A DNA stretch of 63,344 nucleotides, filler included, from Octopus bimaculoides (lineage: Eukaryota), in the NCBI RefSeq assembly GCF_001194135.2. It is 5 parts of 5 records of this genome, joined end to end, with 100 filler letters (N's around TTAATTAATTAA, not from the genome) between each part and the next. Parts side by side here need not be neighbours in the genome. Positions count along the whole stretch, not along the records: positions 39,568 to 62,164 come from NC_068986.1; positions 62,265 to 63,344 come from NW_026399335.1; 3 more parts are not named here. One strand, written 5' to 3'. Positions 51,304-63,344 of this stretch are shown here, in pieces. The translations under genes and the position numbers were made by a program. Position 1 is the first letter of the stretch, and each line of letters starts with the position of its first letter. Below the pieces are notes generated by a model. That model was not told the DNA's origin, searched no databases, and worked only from the letters and a program-made list of their open reading frames with translations.

Positions 51304-52947
51304 ATTGTGTGTATGTATATGTATATATGCATGTATGTATATGCATGCATATATCACTGTGCGTATATGCATATATCTGTATACACTCACACAAGGGTAG
51401 TAGTTCATGAAATATAATGAAATATGGTGTTTTGTAATATACACGCAGAGATAAAGACTGATTCATTGATATCATCCTGCATTAATTGAAAAACACACAC
51501 ACACTCTCTCTGTTTCGCTCTCTCTTACACATACGCGAGCACACTCACATATACACAGAGTGAGCATGAAAGTGCTTATGTGTGAATATATGTGTAAATA
51601 CGTAGATATGTGTATGTGCAAGTGCGCTTATGTGTGCATGTGCGTGTATTAATACGCTTCCATACACTCAGTGTATTATCAAATATATAAATATGAAATA
51701 TTATAGATGCGTATTAAATGTTGATAAGTTCGAAAATTACAATTTACTGATCAGATATTAGATCGCTGATCTAGAGCTCAGCACCGTAAGTAGCACATCC
51801 ATTGTTCAATTGAATCGCCTTTATAATAGGACATTTTCTAATTTATTGATTTTTCCCCCTCCTTCCATACAGTGATTTGTAAGTTTTATTCATACTTTAT
51901 AGCAAAATTTATAGATTTAATATCATTAAATTTATTCATTGTTCCTCGTCAAGTCTGTTACGGTAGATTTATTGTTTATAGTCAGAAAATGGAACCGGAA
52001 ATTTAGACGCATCCGTCGTATTCACTATCCATTGACTTTCGCTAATACCACCACCGTCAGCGCTACCAGCATCGCCTTAGCCACCATAATCGACTCAGCT
52101 ACCACCATTGCCGCAGCAACCGCAAACATCACTGTAACCACGACGTAAACACGCACTTCCATAACTGTCAGACTTGGCAGCGAAGTATGTGTCTTAGGCA
52201 GTATTTATTGAAACTTAAGGTTCAAACAGTTTTGTAAGTGATTTGTCACAAACAAAAGAAAATAATGTGTTTCTATATACTACATAATTAATAAATTTCT
52301 TACGTTTCTCTGCTTGCACAGTTTTACGAAAGCACGTCCAAACAGGAGTGGTACACACACAAACGTTTATATATATATATATATACANNNNNNNNNNNNN
52401 NNNNNNNNNNNNNNNNNNNNNNNNNNNNNNNNNNNNNNNNNNNNNNNNNNNNNNNNNNNNNNNNNNNNNNNNNNNNNNNNNNNNNNNNNNNNNNNNNNNN
52501 NNNNNNNNNNNNNNNNNNNNNNNNNNNNNNNNNNNNNNNNNNNNNNNNNNNNNNNNNNNNNNNNNNNNNNNNNNNNNNNNNNNNNNNNNNNNNNNNNNNN
52601 NNNNNNNNNNNNNNNNNNNNNNNNNNNNNNNNNNNNNNNNNNNNNNNNNNNNNNNNNNNNNNNNNNNNNNNNNNNNNNNNNNNNNNNNNNNNNNNNNNNN
52701 NNNNNNNNNNNNNNNNNNNNNNNNNNNNNNNNNNNNNNNNNNNNNNNNNNNNNNNNNNNNNNNNNNNNNNNNNNNNNNNNNNNNNNNNNNNNNNNNNNNN
52801 NNNNNNNNNNNNNNNNNNNNNNNNNNNNNNNNNNNNNNNNNNNNNNNNNNNNNNNNNNNNNNNNNNNNNNNNNNNNNNNNNNNNNNNNNNNNNNNNNNNN
52901 NNNNNNNNNNNNNNNNNNNNNNNNNNNNNNNNNNNNNNNNNNNNNNN

Positions 52948-53154
52948 CATCGCAGCTTTACTCAAGAAACAGGAAGAAAGAGTGAGAGAAAGTTGGGGCG
53001 AAAGAGTACAACAGGGGTCGCCCCTTCCTGCCGGAGCCTCGTAGAGCTTTAGGTGTTTTCGCTCAATAAACACATACAACGCCCGGTCTTGGAATCGAAA
53101 CCTCGATCCTCCGACCGCAAGTCCGCTGCCCTAACCACTGGGCCACTGCGCCTT

Positions 53155-53155
<1 letters not shown>
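52948..53155 (-). mobile_element. tRNA-headed SINE, family C (5' part)
   Basis: The minus strand reads GAAGGCGCAGTGGCCCAGTGGTTAGGGCAGCGGACTTGCGGTCGGAGGATCGAGGTTTCGATTCC (A and B boxes) and continues into non-tRNA sequence. Confidence 0.75.
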
Positions 53156-53186
<31 letters not shown>

Positions 53187-53795
53187 TACATATATATATT
53201 TACACACACACATATATATACACATATATATATATACATATACATATATATATATATATATACATACATACATATATATATGTAGATATATATGGTCTCA
53301 TATCGAATCAGTTGTATATGTATCCGTCATATAAACTGATTCAGTCTCTGTAGCACGAACGTAATTCTATCATCTGTCTCTGAGGAAATGATAATATTGT
53401 AATAGCTTTTACATTACTAAACGTTATATCTAACTGACAACAACTTACTTATAAACATGATCTGTCATTTTTAGAATTAATTTATAGCTGTATGTTTCGG
53501 AAGATAACGAAACAAACGTATATCGAGGTATTTTAATTGCAGTACTTTATATTGTCTCTCTTAAAATTTTCGCTAGTTAGAAGTCTCGCTTTTTATTCTA
53601 CTCCCATCAATAAACTAATTACTCCACTAAAATCAGTGGGTGTCATGTATACTTTATACACAATAATGTATCAATGGACATTTCGCTTCGTATTGTCTTT
53701 GACAATAATATATTCTTCGCAAATTCCCATTTTCGTTCCCTACAGATATGAGGATGAATAACCATTAAGAAAAGGGGTAAACTTTAACTACTTCT

Positions 53796-53917
53796 TGTGG
53801 TTCTGTGTTCAGTCCCACTGCGTGGCACCTTGGGCAAGTGTCTTCTACTATAACCTCGGGCCGACCAAAGCCTTGTGAGTGGATTTGGTAGACGGAAACT
53901 GAAAGAAGCCTGTCGTA

Positions 53918-54008
<91 letters not shown>

Positions 54009-54380
54009 NNNNNNNNNNNNNNNNNNNNNNNNNNNNNNNNNNNNNNNNNNNNNNNNNNNNNNNNNNNNNNNNNNNNNNNNNNNNNNNNNNNNNNNNNNNN
54101 NNNNNNNNNNNNNNNNNNNNNNNNNNNNNNNNNNNNNNNNNNNNNNNNNNNNNNNNNNNNNNNNNNNNNNNNNNNNNNNNNNNNNNNNNNNNNNNNNNNN
54201 NNNNNNNNNNNNNNNNNNNNNNNNNNNNNNNNNNNNNNNNNNNNNNNNNNNNNNNNNNNNNNNNNNNNNNNNNNNNNNNNNNNNNNNAATAGGATTTGCT
54301 CGACTAAAGGCGGTGCTCCAGCATGGCCGCAGTCAGAATGACTGAAACAAGTAAAAGAGTAAATAAGAGTAAAGAGTACA
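53796..54380 (+). mobile_element. SINE family A spanning an N gap
   Basis: Head GTTCAGTCCCACTGCGTGGCACCTTGGGCAAGTG..., tail GGCGGTGCTCCAGCATGGCCGCAGTC...GAAACAAGTAAAAGAG. Confidence 0.85.
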
Positions 54381-57301
54381 AAACGAAAACACAGCAGCAT
54401 AGTCGTCTGGAATGAAAACAAGCCTGATCTGGATATATCGTTAAACCCTAACAAACTAGTCATCATCAGGTGATACATTCTCAACAGGAAAACGATATCA
54501 GAAACTGATATAGAGCTTTTAATAGAAAAAAATATATATCACGAAAATACAAATAATGTTCATAGAATATTTAACAATAACATAAGTAATGAAAATGTAA
54601 AACTTGGAGGTAAACATAACATGAGCAACAAATATGAAGTAACGAAACACAAGCTCAAACACCAGGGATGCACAATGAAGACCAAACTGTATTAGTAATT
54701 CACAACGATGTAACGCAGAGTTGCGCTAATTTTCCCTAAGCATGATGTAGAGGATACACGTGTCTCAGGAATACTCAGCTAAATTGTGTGATCATTCAAC
54801 AAATCGAAGAACTGTGTTCTCGAACATCGAAATCGACATGAAAGTCCGTCAAATACAGGGACATGCGTTGTCCAATCATATATAATGTTATATAACATAA
54901 AATATAAGATATGAAATATCTGAGTTACTATATAAATAATACAATCCAGTCCTTCTAAATATAAATAGGATTGTAAACTAATGCGAGTTTCAAGTCACTG
55001 TATATGTAATGAATAATAAATCAGAAAACAAACAAACAAGATGTCACATTTATCAAAGCTGTTAGAAAACACGGAATTTATAAAAGATTGGTATTATCAA
55101 ATTAAAATATCTATACAAAAGTATTTAATTATTTCGTTAATTTTAATTACATTTGGATATAAAAACAATAAGCTGCAATGAAATAAATTAACTTTCTTTA
55201 GTTTATTTTGTTAACACAAAATGAAATTCCTAGTATTATTTTTTCGCAATTAACGATTAAGCTGACTTCCAGTAACAACCAAGATATTCCGCCATTTCGT
55301 TAAATCACCAACTTAAATGGAACCAGCGTGACTGTACATCTAGCGACAACGAAGAAGTGAAATGTGAAAAGTAAAACTAAAACAAGCTCTGAGGAATGCA
55401 CGAAAATTCTTGGGCGGTACGTTGGAATTACGATAGAGTCACGATTGAATTAACGTAATAAAAAAGAAAAGGAAACTATTCTCTTTAAATTTAAAGAATT
55501 ACAAGTAGAATGTGTAAGAAAGTGTTTTCGCAAATTGTCATGGAATGTAAGTATAACAGCAAGTGAAGTAAGTTAACTAACTCGCTAGTTTATGCATATT
55601 TAATTGAATGCAATGAATTTATTTTCGCCAGAGATGCTTTTAGCCGTTTGAAATATATTCACTTCTTCAATACTTTTAATTTAAAGATAACAAGTAATAT
55701 ACTTTATTGTACAGTCATGACCTGATCACCGATAACCATAAAGTTAGATTGAGAAAATAACTATTAAATACAAAAAGGATGGAAGATTCCGTTTTATCCG
55801 CTGTCCTATGATATAATAACACATGTTTTATCACGCGACTTAAAATTAATTTCCTGTTAAAGCGATATGCAAGAACAAAAATAACTGGATAAAGTTTCTT
55901 GGTATATTATTAAAAGAGTTGGTGGCAAGTCTATTAACCAATTTAGTCACTGAGAAATAATTTAATGTCAGAAACAATTGTTTTCAATCAACTACGCTAC
56001 GTCAATAACAGGATAAAAATTGTCTCTTGTTCTGCAAATAGTCGAGACTCTATCAACGTGAGCAACAGGAACTATTTATTACAAGAAACCTCGGAAACGA
56101 TAATTATTACATTGATAAAGAAAGTAATAGCTACAGTTATAGATTTTAAATACTTTCCCGGAATATAAGATCAAGATGAATATGTGGATTCTGATAGATT
56201 TATAGAGTGGTAGGTCTGCAGGTGGTCGAGATAAATGTGAGGGAATATTAAGAAAAGCTGCGGTAGTTTATGTAATATTGAGATGACCGGAGGCCAAAAG
56301 TTCAAATATAAAACACAGAAAGGAATGTTTAGAGAATTTTGTTTTTGTTTAATGTTGCTTCGAAAGTTACACGTAGTGATAGATGGGGAGAAAAAAAAAA
56401 CATAGCAGCGTTAATGTTCTATTTGGGTCGTTGTCCGCCAGTAATGGATAATGATATAAAGGAGGAAAGAGAACGCATAAACGTATTTAAGACTAGCTTC
56501 TGTAGTAAACTTTCTTTTAAATTGACTGATTTAATGATCTTGTTAAAGAGACATATTACCTATCACAGCTTAGTTACGGTAATTTGGAATGTCTGAGACT
56601 CTTCAGAGAAGCATCAACAAAATAACAGCTCTGTCAGGAAATTGCAGAAACACGTGTTAGTTGTGATCCTCAAAGATACAGTATTGGACAAACTATCGAT
56701 CGAAAATAAATTACACTTTCGTTATCAGACAGAAAATTTCTAACAGTACGTGCCAATTTCCTCCAATTAAACATGCTCCAAAATAATGTAATTAACAAGA
56801 AAATCGTACATTGTCAAGAGATTCACAGATTAACGGGCAAAAATAAGGAAAACGGCAAAAGTAAAAATTCGCCGTCTTTTCTTGACTGTTCATTGATATG
56901 ATTATATTGGGGGTAGTTAAAGAATAGTAACAAGGCATTTCTGACAGGCTAATAATCTTATGCCNNNNNNNNNNNNNNNNNNNNNNNNNNNNNNNNNNNN
57001 NNNNNNNNNNNNNNNNNNNNNNNNNNNNNNNNNNNNNNNNNNNNNNNNNNNNNNNNNNNNNNNNNNNNNNNNNNNNNNNNNNNNNNNNNNNNNNNNNNNN
57101 NNNNNNNNNNNNNNNNNNNNNNNNNNNNNNNNNNNNNNNNNNNNNNNNNNNNNNNNNNNNNNNNNNNNNNNNNNNNNNNNNNNNNNNNNNNNNNNNNNNN
57201 NNNNNNNNNNNNNNNNNNNNNNNNNNNNNNNNNNNNNNNNNNNNNNNNNNNNNNNNNNNNNNNNNNNNNNNNATATATATATACATATACATATACATAT
57301 A

Positions 57302-57355
<54 letters not shown>

Positions 57356-60300
57356 TAGAGAGAGAGAGAAAGAGAGAGATGCTTGTATGTATGTATGCAC
57401 AGATGTTTATTTACCTTTGTATATGTGTATGCATGCGTGCGGGTGCGCGCGGGTGCTCGCAAGCGCGTGTGCACGCGTGTACGTTTCTTCTTGTGTTTAC
57501 CTCTAAGTAATTAATGTGTTCTCTTGATAATTCTTGCTATTCGTCTTACAACAGTCTTTCTCTTATTTCAACAGTGTCACACTATCTTTACACACCATTT
57601 GTTCGTATTATATCTAGTACCTAAACTATATCTACAAATAACTGTTTTCTTCGTCTTCATAAACGTAATTCCGATTTAAATCGTAGACCTTAACATTTAT
57701 TTCAATTCCATGCTTTCAAACAACATTCAAAATTACGTTACTTACTTGCGCAGTTCTTTGTAGATAGCTGTTACCGTTTGTCTTGCACATCTAGAAGACC
57801 TCAGAAATATAATGAGAAGATAAGAATTTTACACTTTCATAAGTCCATTTAAAATATTTTTGAGTGTTAAAATAAAATATTTGTAATTGAAATTCCAAAC
57901 TGCATCACAATCATATTTTAGATTGAAATCATTCGTCTTAATTCAATAGCTCACATTTTCTTTTAATTATGGTGATAGCTTGAAATTTATTGTTAATTCT
58001 TTCTACCAGATTCGAATGTAAATATTCTAATCGCTGTTCTTTTCGTCACAGAACAGTTTCTCCTTTACGTAGCACACTCAATTCATTAATACAAGGGATT
58101 CTGGGACGTCGGTGTTTCGTCATGTGTCAGCAACGAGGATATTGGCTCTTGTTAGATCCATTGGTTTCCTTCTTTCTTCATTTATTGGTTGTGACAGGTT
58201 GTGATGAGACACAGTACGTAGAAACACTTAAGTTCCACAGTATCTTGTATTAATAACTCGAGTGAATTATGAGTGCATATTCGATGAATATTATTGAAAG
58301 TCAATGGATAGTGAATACTATGGACGCAGTTCCACTTTCTGACTATAAACAATAAATCTACCGTATAGTCCTTGAGATCAGCTTCCTCTGCATTTTTCCA
58401 ACGATACCAACATGCATGTAATTGGACACTTGAACTGCTCGAAATAGCCCCCAAATAACCCTTTTATCGCACATGCCTTAAAGAATGTAGTCGTAGAAAG
58501 ATTACAATAATTAATCTATTTCAAGTAAAGCATTGAGTCTTGTAGTTGTCTTACTGAACGTATATCTAATTATATTTTGGCTTCTTACAAAATGGCTTTA
58601 TATGTTTGTAAGTTGAAAGATAAAATGACCTACCCCGCTTCAATACAGCTTTCTAATACCCAGAATAGTAGTAAGACTATGCGCTTTTAACGTCTTTTGT
58701 CTTCAAACCAGAGATCTTAAGTAGAATATTACCAGAGACGTTGTAAGTCAGACAGGTAATCATTTCCTCGTTTACCACCACTACCACCACTACAGACACC
58801 TATTTGCCTATAACAGCAATACTCCAAATATGTAAGATCACATAGTACACAAGTAAAATAAATTAATAGAAGCTAAGTGAATATAGACAATAGGAATTAA
58901 TGTCCACCTGGACGGACAAGCAATACTGAAATGATAGTATATGAAACAGGGTCCATGCCTATGAAAGTGAACATTATCTCTGCCGTAAAGACTTTATTTA
59001 TGGCGGCAGCTGCACGTAAACGCATATCGTTCTTCAAACACAAAAAGAACATAGATGCAACAACTTTCTCGATATACATCTAACATTTAAAAGAGAATGA
59101 TAACAATTAGAAAACTCATTCACAAGAACTGAAAAATGCTAGAATGATGCTGATCATACATTAATCAGTCTAAAATGCGCTTATTAAGTATGACTAAAAA
59201 AGAATAGACTTCAATCATTCTGAGACTTATCTGAACAAAAATTCGGAATTTTCTAAGAAAGACTGCTACATCCTCATGTGTCTGCTAAGAATTTTCAAAT
59301 ACACACCAGGCCGGGATTAAGCAGACTAACATTGATTTATCATTCGTGTATCCTGTATTCATTTGTTGAAACTTTGGAAACAGCTTGCTCGTGCAAGTGC
59401 AGTCAGTTGAAAGCTCGGCCTGCCGGATACCAGTGGGTTTCAGAGGGCCATCGCGCACCGTTCTGCGACCTACCTTTCGACGACCCTCATTGATGTGAGA
59501 CCCCTACCTACTGGTTCGACTGACTAGTATTCAACTTCAAGTGCATTTCGGGACCATGTCTCGTCTCCACAATACAATGAATTTTATTGTCCTACAATCA
59601 CACGCTATATTTTCCAGAAGCCCACCCAGTTTTCCTCTCGAATTAAAGATATTCTCAGAAGTAAGTCCACAATTAATTCATGTTTGTTTTTGTTTTAGAT
59701 GGGTTTTTTTGCCTGTTTGAATTCTGTAAAATCCGAGGGAAAATACTCATCAGTCAGTATGTCTTCAAAGAGCTATTCTCCTTGCTATACCCTAGAATTA
59801 AAATGCATGGTATGTATTTGGAGTAGAATACTGAAATGTATGTAGGTCGGTAGCTATTCGAGTAATTATGTAATAGCTAGAGAGTTTTATAAAAATATGC
59901 AAAGTATAGAAGAAGTTGGTTGAAAGATAAAATGATACGGCGAAGATATTAACAGTGACAGTGAGTGAGGATCGAAGATAGATAAATAGAGAGATATGCA
60001 GATCAGAATGTACTTTGAAAATCCGATTGATTATTACATATGTAGTTAAAGATATAAAAGTTAAGAGGAAAAAGTATTCGCGGCAATAAAATAAATATAA
60101 GGGGGAGAGAATATGAGATGTCATGATTAAATAGAGTGGTTTCATCTAGTTGCGACATAAAGAAAAGTTCACCAATCGGTGAGAAAGAAATAAGGAGAGA
60201 CAAAACAAAAAAAACAGAAAGAAAGGAAGGAAGAATGAATGAAAAACATGAAATTGAATAATGAATGCAAATGAACAATAGATTAGAAAGAAAAAAGGAA

Positions 60301-60385
60301 GGTAGAAAAGAACAACAAAATCAGCGATAAGAAGATTAAATTTTATAATTAAAAAAAACAGAAAAAGGTAGATAGTTATATAGAC

Positions 60386-60475
<90 letters not shown>

Positions 60476-61223
60476 AGAGAGACAGACAGACAGACAAAAA
60501 GATAAAATGATAGATAGAAAAATAGATACATTGAATGAATGAATGAATGAATGAATGACGGTGAGAAACAAGGAGAGAAGAATAGACGCAGGCAGCAGAA
60601 TGAGAGAAGAATGAAAAGCAAAACAAAAGGTAAGAAATTTGTAGGAGTCTGGAGTATTTCATTACGTTAAAGTAAAATGGCGGAAAACGGAAGTGTGGAA
60701 GAGTGTAGAATCGAAGAAAGAAATACAAAGAAACTTTTTTTTTTCAATATCATAGATGACGAAGTATAATATGAAAACCGAACAAAGTGATTGGGAGGAA
60801 AATTAGAGAGAGAATTAAAAAAAACATAGAATTATACTATAAAGTGTTAAGCAAGTGGTATAAGAAAACAAATATGAAGCATGAGGACTAAGTGAAAAGC
60901 GTAAGGGAGACATGAGACGTGAAACCGGTCTGCAGCGTTGTGACGATTTCTGGAGTGTAAATAGTGTACAGGTGATGGATGCTGATCGATAAGGATAAAG
61001 GCAGCGGTTGTTGTGGTGGTGGTGATGGTGGTGTTGGTGGTAAGAAGCAGCGTATTGCATGTGAAAAATTAAGGTAATATGATGAGGTTTCCCGTATAGC
61101 TTCCGAGAAACTTGTTGATATTTTAAAAATTTCTTTTTGTTCTTTTTTTTTTTGTTTTCTCCTCGTTTTCATTCTCCATGTTGAAGTTAGAACATTAGCT
61201 CAAATATCTGCAGGAACAGATAT

Positions 61224-61290
<67 letters not shown>

Positions 61291-61776
61291 GTTGGAATTT
61301 ACAAAAAAATAATGAGCAAGACGAAGACGGGTGTGTAATCAACAAATATATCTATTAGTTTAACGCGCATGTGTATCTCTTTTTAAGTATAATANNNNNN
61401 NNNNNNNNNNNNNNNNNNNNNNNNNNNNNNNNNNNNNNNNNNNNNNNNNNNNNNNNNNNNNNNNNNNNNNNNNNNNNNNNNNNNNNNNNNNNNNNNNNNN
61501 NNNNNNNNNNNNNNNNNNNNNNNNNNNNNNNNNNNNNNNNNNNNNNNNNNNNNNNNNNNNNNNNNNNNNNNNNNNNNNNNNNNNNNNNNNNNNNNNNNNN
61601 NNNNNNNNNNNNNNNNNNNNNNNNNNNNNNNNNNNNNNNNNNNNNNNNNNATATATATATATATATATACACATATATAGATAGATAGATAGAGTTGTGG
61701 ACATAGATTTATGTAGTAGATGTACGTACATGTATATTCAATTCTGATTGTATTCCACACGCGAATATAAGACAGA

Positions 61777-61799
61777 CTGATAGATAGACCGATAGATAG

Positions 61800-61873
<74 letters not shown>
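61777..61873. repeat. (TAGA)n microsatellite
   Basis: Read directly from the sequence. Confidence 0.95.
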
Positions 61874-61885
61874 GGATATTCTGTT

Positions 61886-62100
61886 ACTCTTTTATTCCTT
61901 TACTTGTTTCATTCATTTGACTGCGGCCATGCTAGAGCACCGCCTTTAGTCGAGCAAATCGACCACAGGACTTATTCTTTGTGAGCCTAGTATTTATTCT
62001 ATCAGGCTCTTTTGCCGAATCACTAAGTTACGGAGACGTAAACGCACTAGCATCGGTTGTCAAGCGATGTTGGTAGGACAAACACAGACACACAAAAACA
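61886..62100 (-). mobile_element. SINE family A, 3' half
   Basis: Collinear with 22908-23110; the head is presumably in the adjacent gap. Confidence 0.85.
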
Positions 62101-62123
62101 CATACAGACAGACATACACATAC

Positions 62124-62164
<41 letters not shown>

Positions 62165-62264
62165 NNNNNNNNNNNNNNNNNNNNNNNNNNNNNNNNNNNN
62201 NNNNNNNNTTAATTAATTAANNNNNNNNNNNNNNNNNNNNNNNNNNNNNNNNNNNNNNNNNNNN

Positions 62265-63270
62265 AGTCACGGCCCATGTTTCACTGCCATGTAGCATGGT
62301 TGTTTGTACACATGGGTCATACAGTCTGCCTTTTACTCTGAATAAGAGGCCCCTTGTCACTAGCAGAGGTAAGAGCTCGCTGAACTTTGCCCAGGCTATT
62401 CTTATTCTAGCAGCTACACATTCAGCACACTCTCCCCCACCACTAACTTGGTCACCTAGATAGCGGAAGCTATCAACTAAGTCAAGTTTTTCTCCCTGGA
62501 ATGTGGCCAAAGTTGTTTTCTGCACATTTTCAGTGTTTATTGCTCCTGAACATCTGCCACATACAAAAACTAACTTCCTAGTTAGCCTTTCTTTGATATT
62601 GCAGCACCTTTTATGTGTCCATAGCTTGCACTGGGTACATCTTATAGAGTTTCTACCTACGCCTTTTCTACAGATTGAGCAAGGCCATCTACCTGAAGGG
62701 GTTTGTGTTTTTTCTACCTTCCTACTTATTAGGACTTTAGTTTTAGCTAGGTTCACTCTAAGGCCCTTCAATTCTAGTCCCTGCTGCCACACCTAAAACT
62801 TCTCCTCTAGTGACTCGGCAATTAGTGCAAGGTTGTCAGCATAGAGGAGCTCCCAGGGGCATCCTGTCTTGAATTCCTCTGTTATCACTTGGAGGACTAT
62901 GATAAAGTACTGAACCTTGGTGGACTCCTATCTCTACCCAGAATTCTTCACTGTACTCGTTGCCAACCCTCGCCTTACTGGCAGCGTCCCTGTACATGGC
63001 TCGCACAGCTCTCACTAACCATTCTTCTATCCCTAGTTTCCTCATTGAGCACCAGATAAGGGATCGGGGGACCCTGTAAAAGGCTTTCTCCATGTCAACG
63101 AAAGCCAGGTACAGAGGTTTATTTTTGGCTAGGTAGTTCTCCTGCAGCTGTTTTACCAGAAATATGGCATCAGTGGTGCTTTTTCTTGGCACAAACCCAA
63201 ACTGCATCTCATCTAAACTGACTCTCTCCCTAATTAGTTCAGCTATGACCCTTTCCGTGACTTTCATTAC
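62265..63270 (-). mobile_element. 5'-truncated RTE-type LINE, reverse-transcriptase pseudogene
   Basis: QFGFVPRKSTTDAIF...LAFVDMEKAFYRVPR...GVHQGSVL (then a frameshifting deletion)...WELLYADN (YADD mutated)...GLRVNLAKTKVL...FRYLG...MLHGSETWAV. Confidence 0.9.
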
Positions 63271-63344
63271 CTGCCCATATATATATATATATACACAGTT
63301 GTCAACACTCCTGTCACAGCGTGGGACCTTGAAGACTGCTAAAA

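Noticed and set aside
53085-53155. tRNA-like sequence on the minus strand
   Set aside because: A and B boxes are present, but I find no closing acceptor stem and it runs into SINE body sequence.
55384-55420. CTGAGGA...GAAA hammerhead-like spacing
   Set aside because: Helices I and II do not pair, so it is a chance match.

Overview
This is eukaryotic, AT-rich and repeat-saturated DNA with many N gaps. The SINE families, (TA)n/(TAA)n microsatellites and LINE types resemble a coleoid cephalopod (Octopus-like) draft assembly; that assignment is my inference from pattern recognition, not a database result. I recognise no intact host protein-coding gene, rRNA, true tRNA or CRISPR array, so the window reads as intergenic or intronic. 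It contains: (1) decayed non-LTR retrotransposons, namely several restriction-like-endonuclease (R4/Dong-like) relics, Tx1/L1-like and CR1/L2-like pieces, and an RTE-type RT carrying an internal PHD-type finger; (2) DNA transposon relics, namely two mariner loci, a pogo/Tigger-like element and a hAT MITE with an 8-bp TSD; (3) about 20 tRNA-headed SINE copies or fragments; (4) a Penelope-like terminal-repeat cluster at about 5.0-7.5 kb with a minimal hammerhead-ribozyme motif, a 65-nt palindrome and an inverted copy lacking a 50-nt segment that covers nearly all of the ribozyme. Other notable items are a mariner chimera made of two left ends, several template-switch or foldback scars, an orphan promoter-like island at about 28.5 kb and an unidentified decayed reading frame at about 35.0-35.8 kb. 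Most ORFs in the supplied track are microsatellite, SINE or gap artefacts. Boundaries of decayed elements are approximate.
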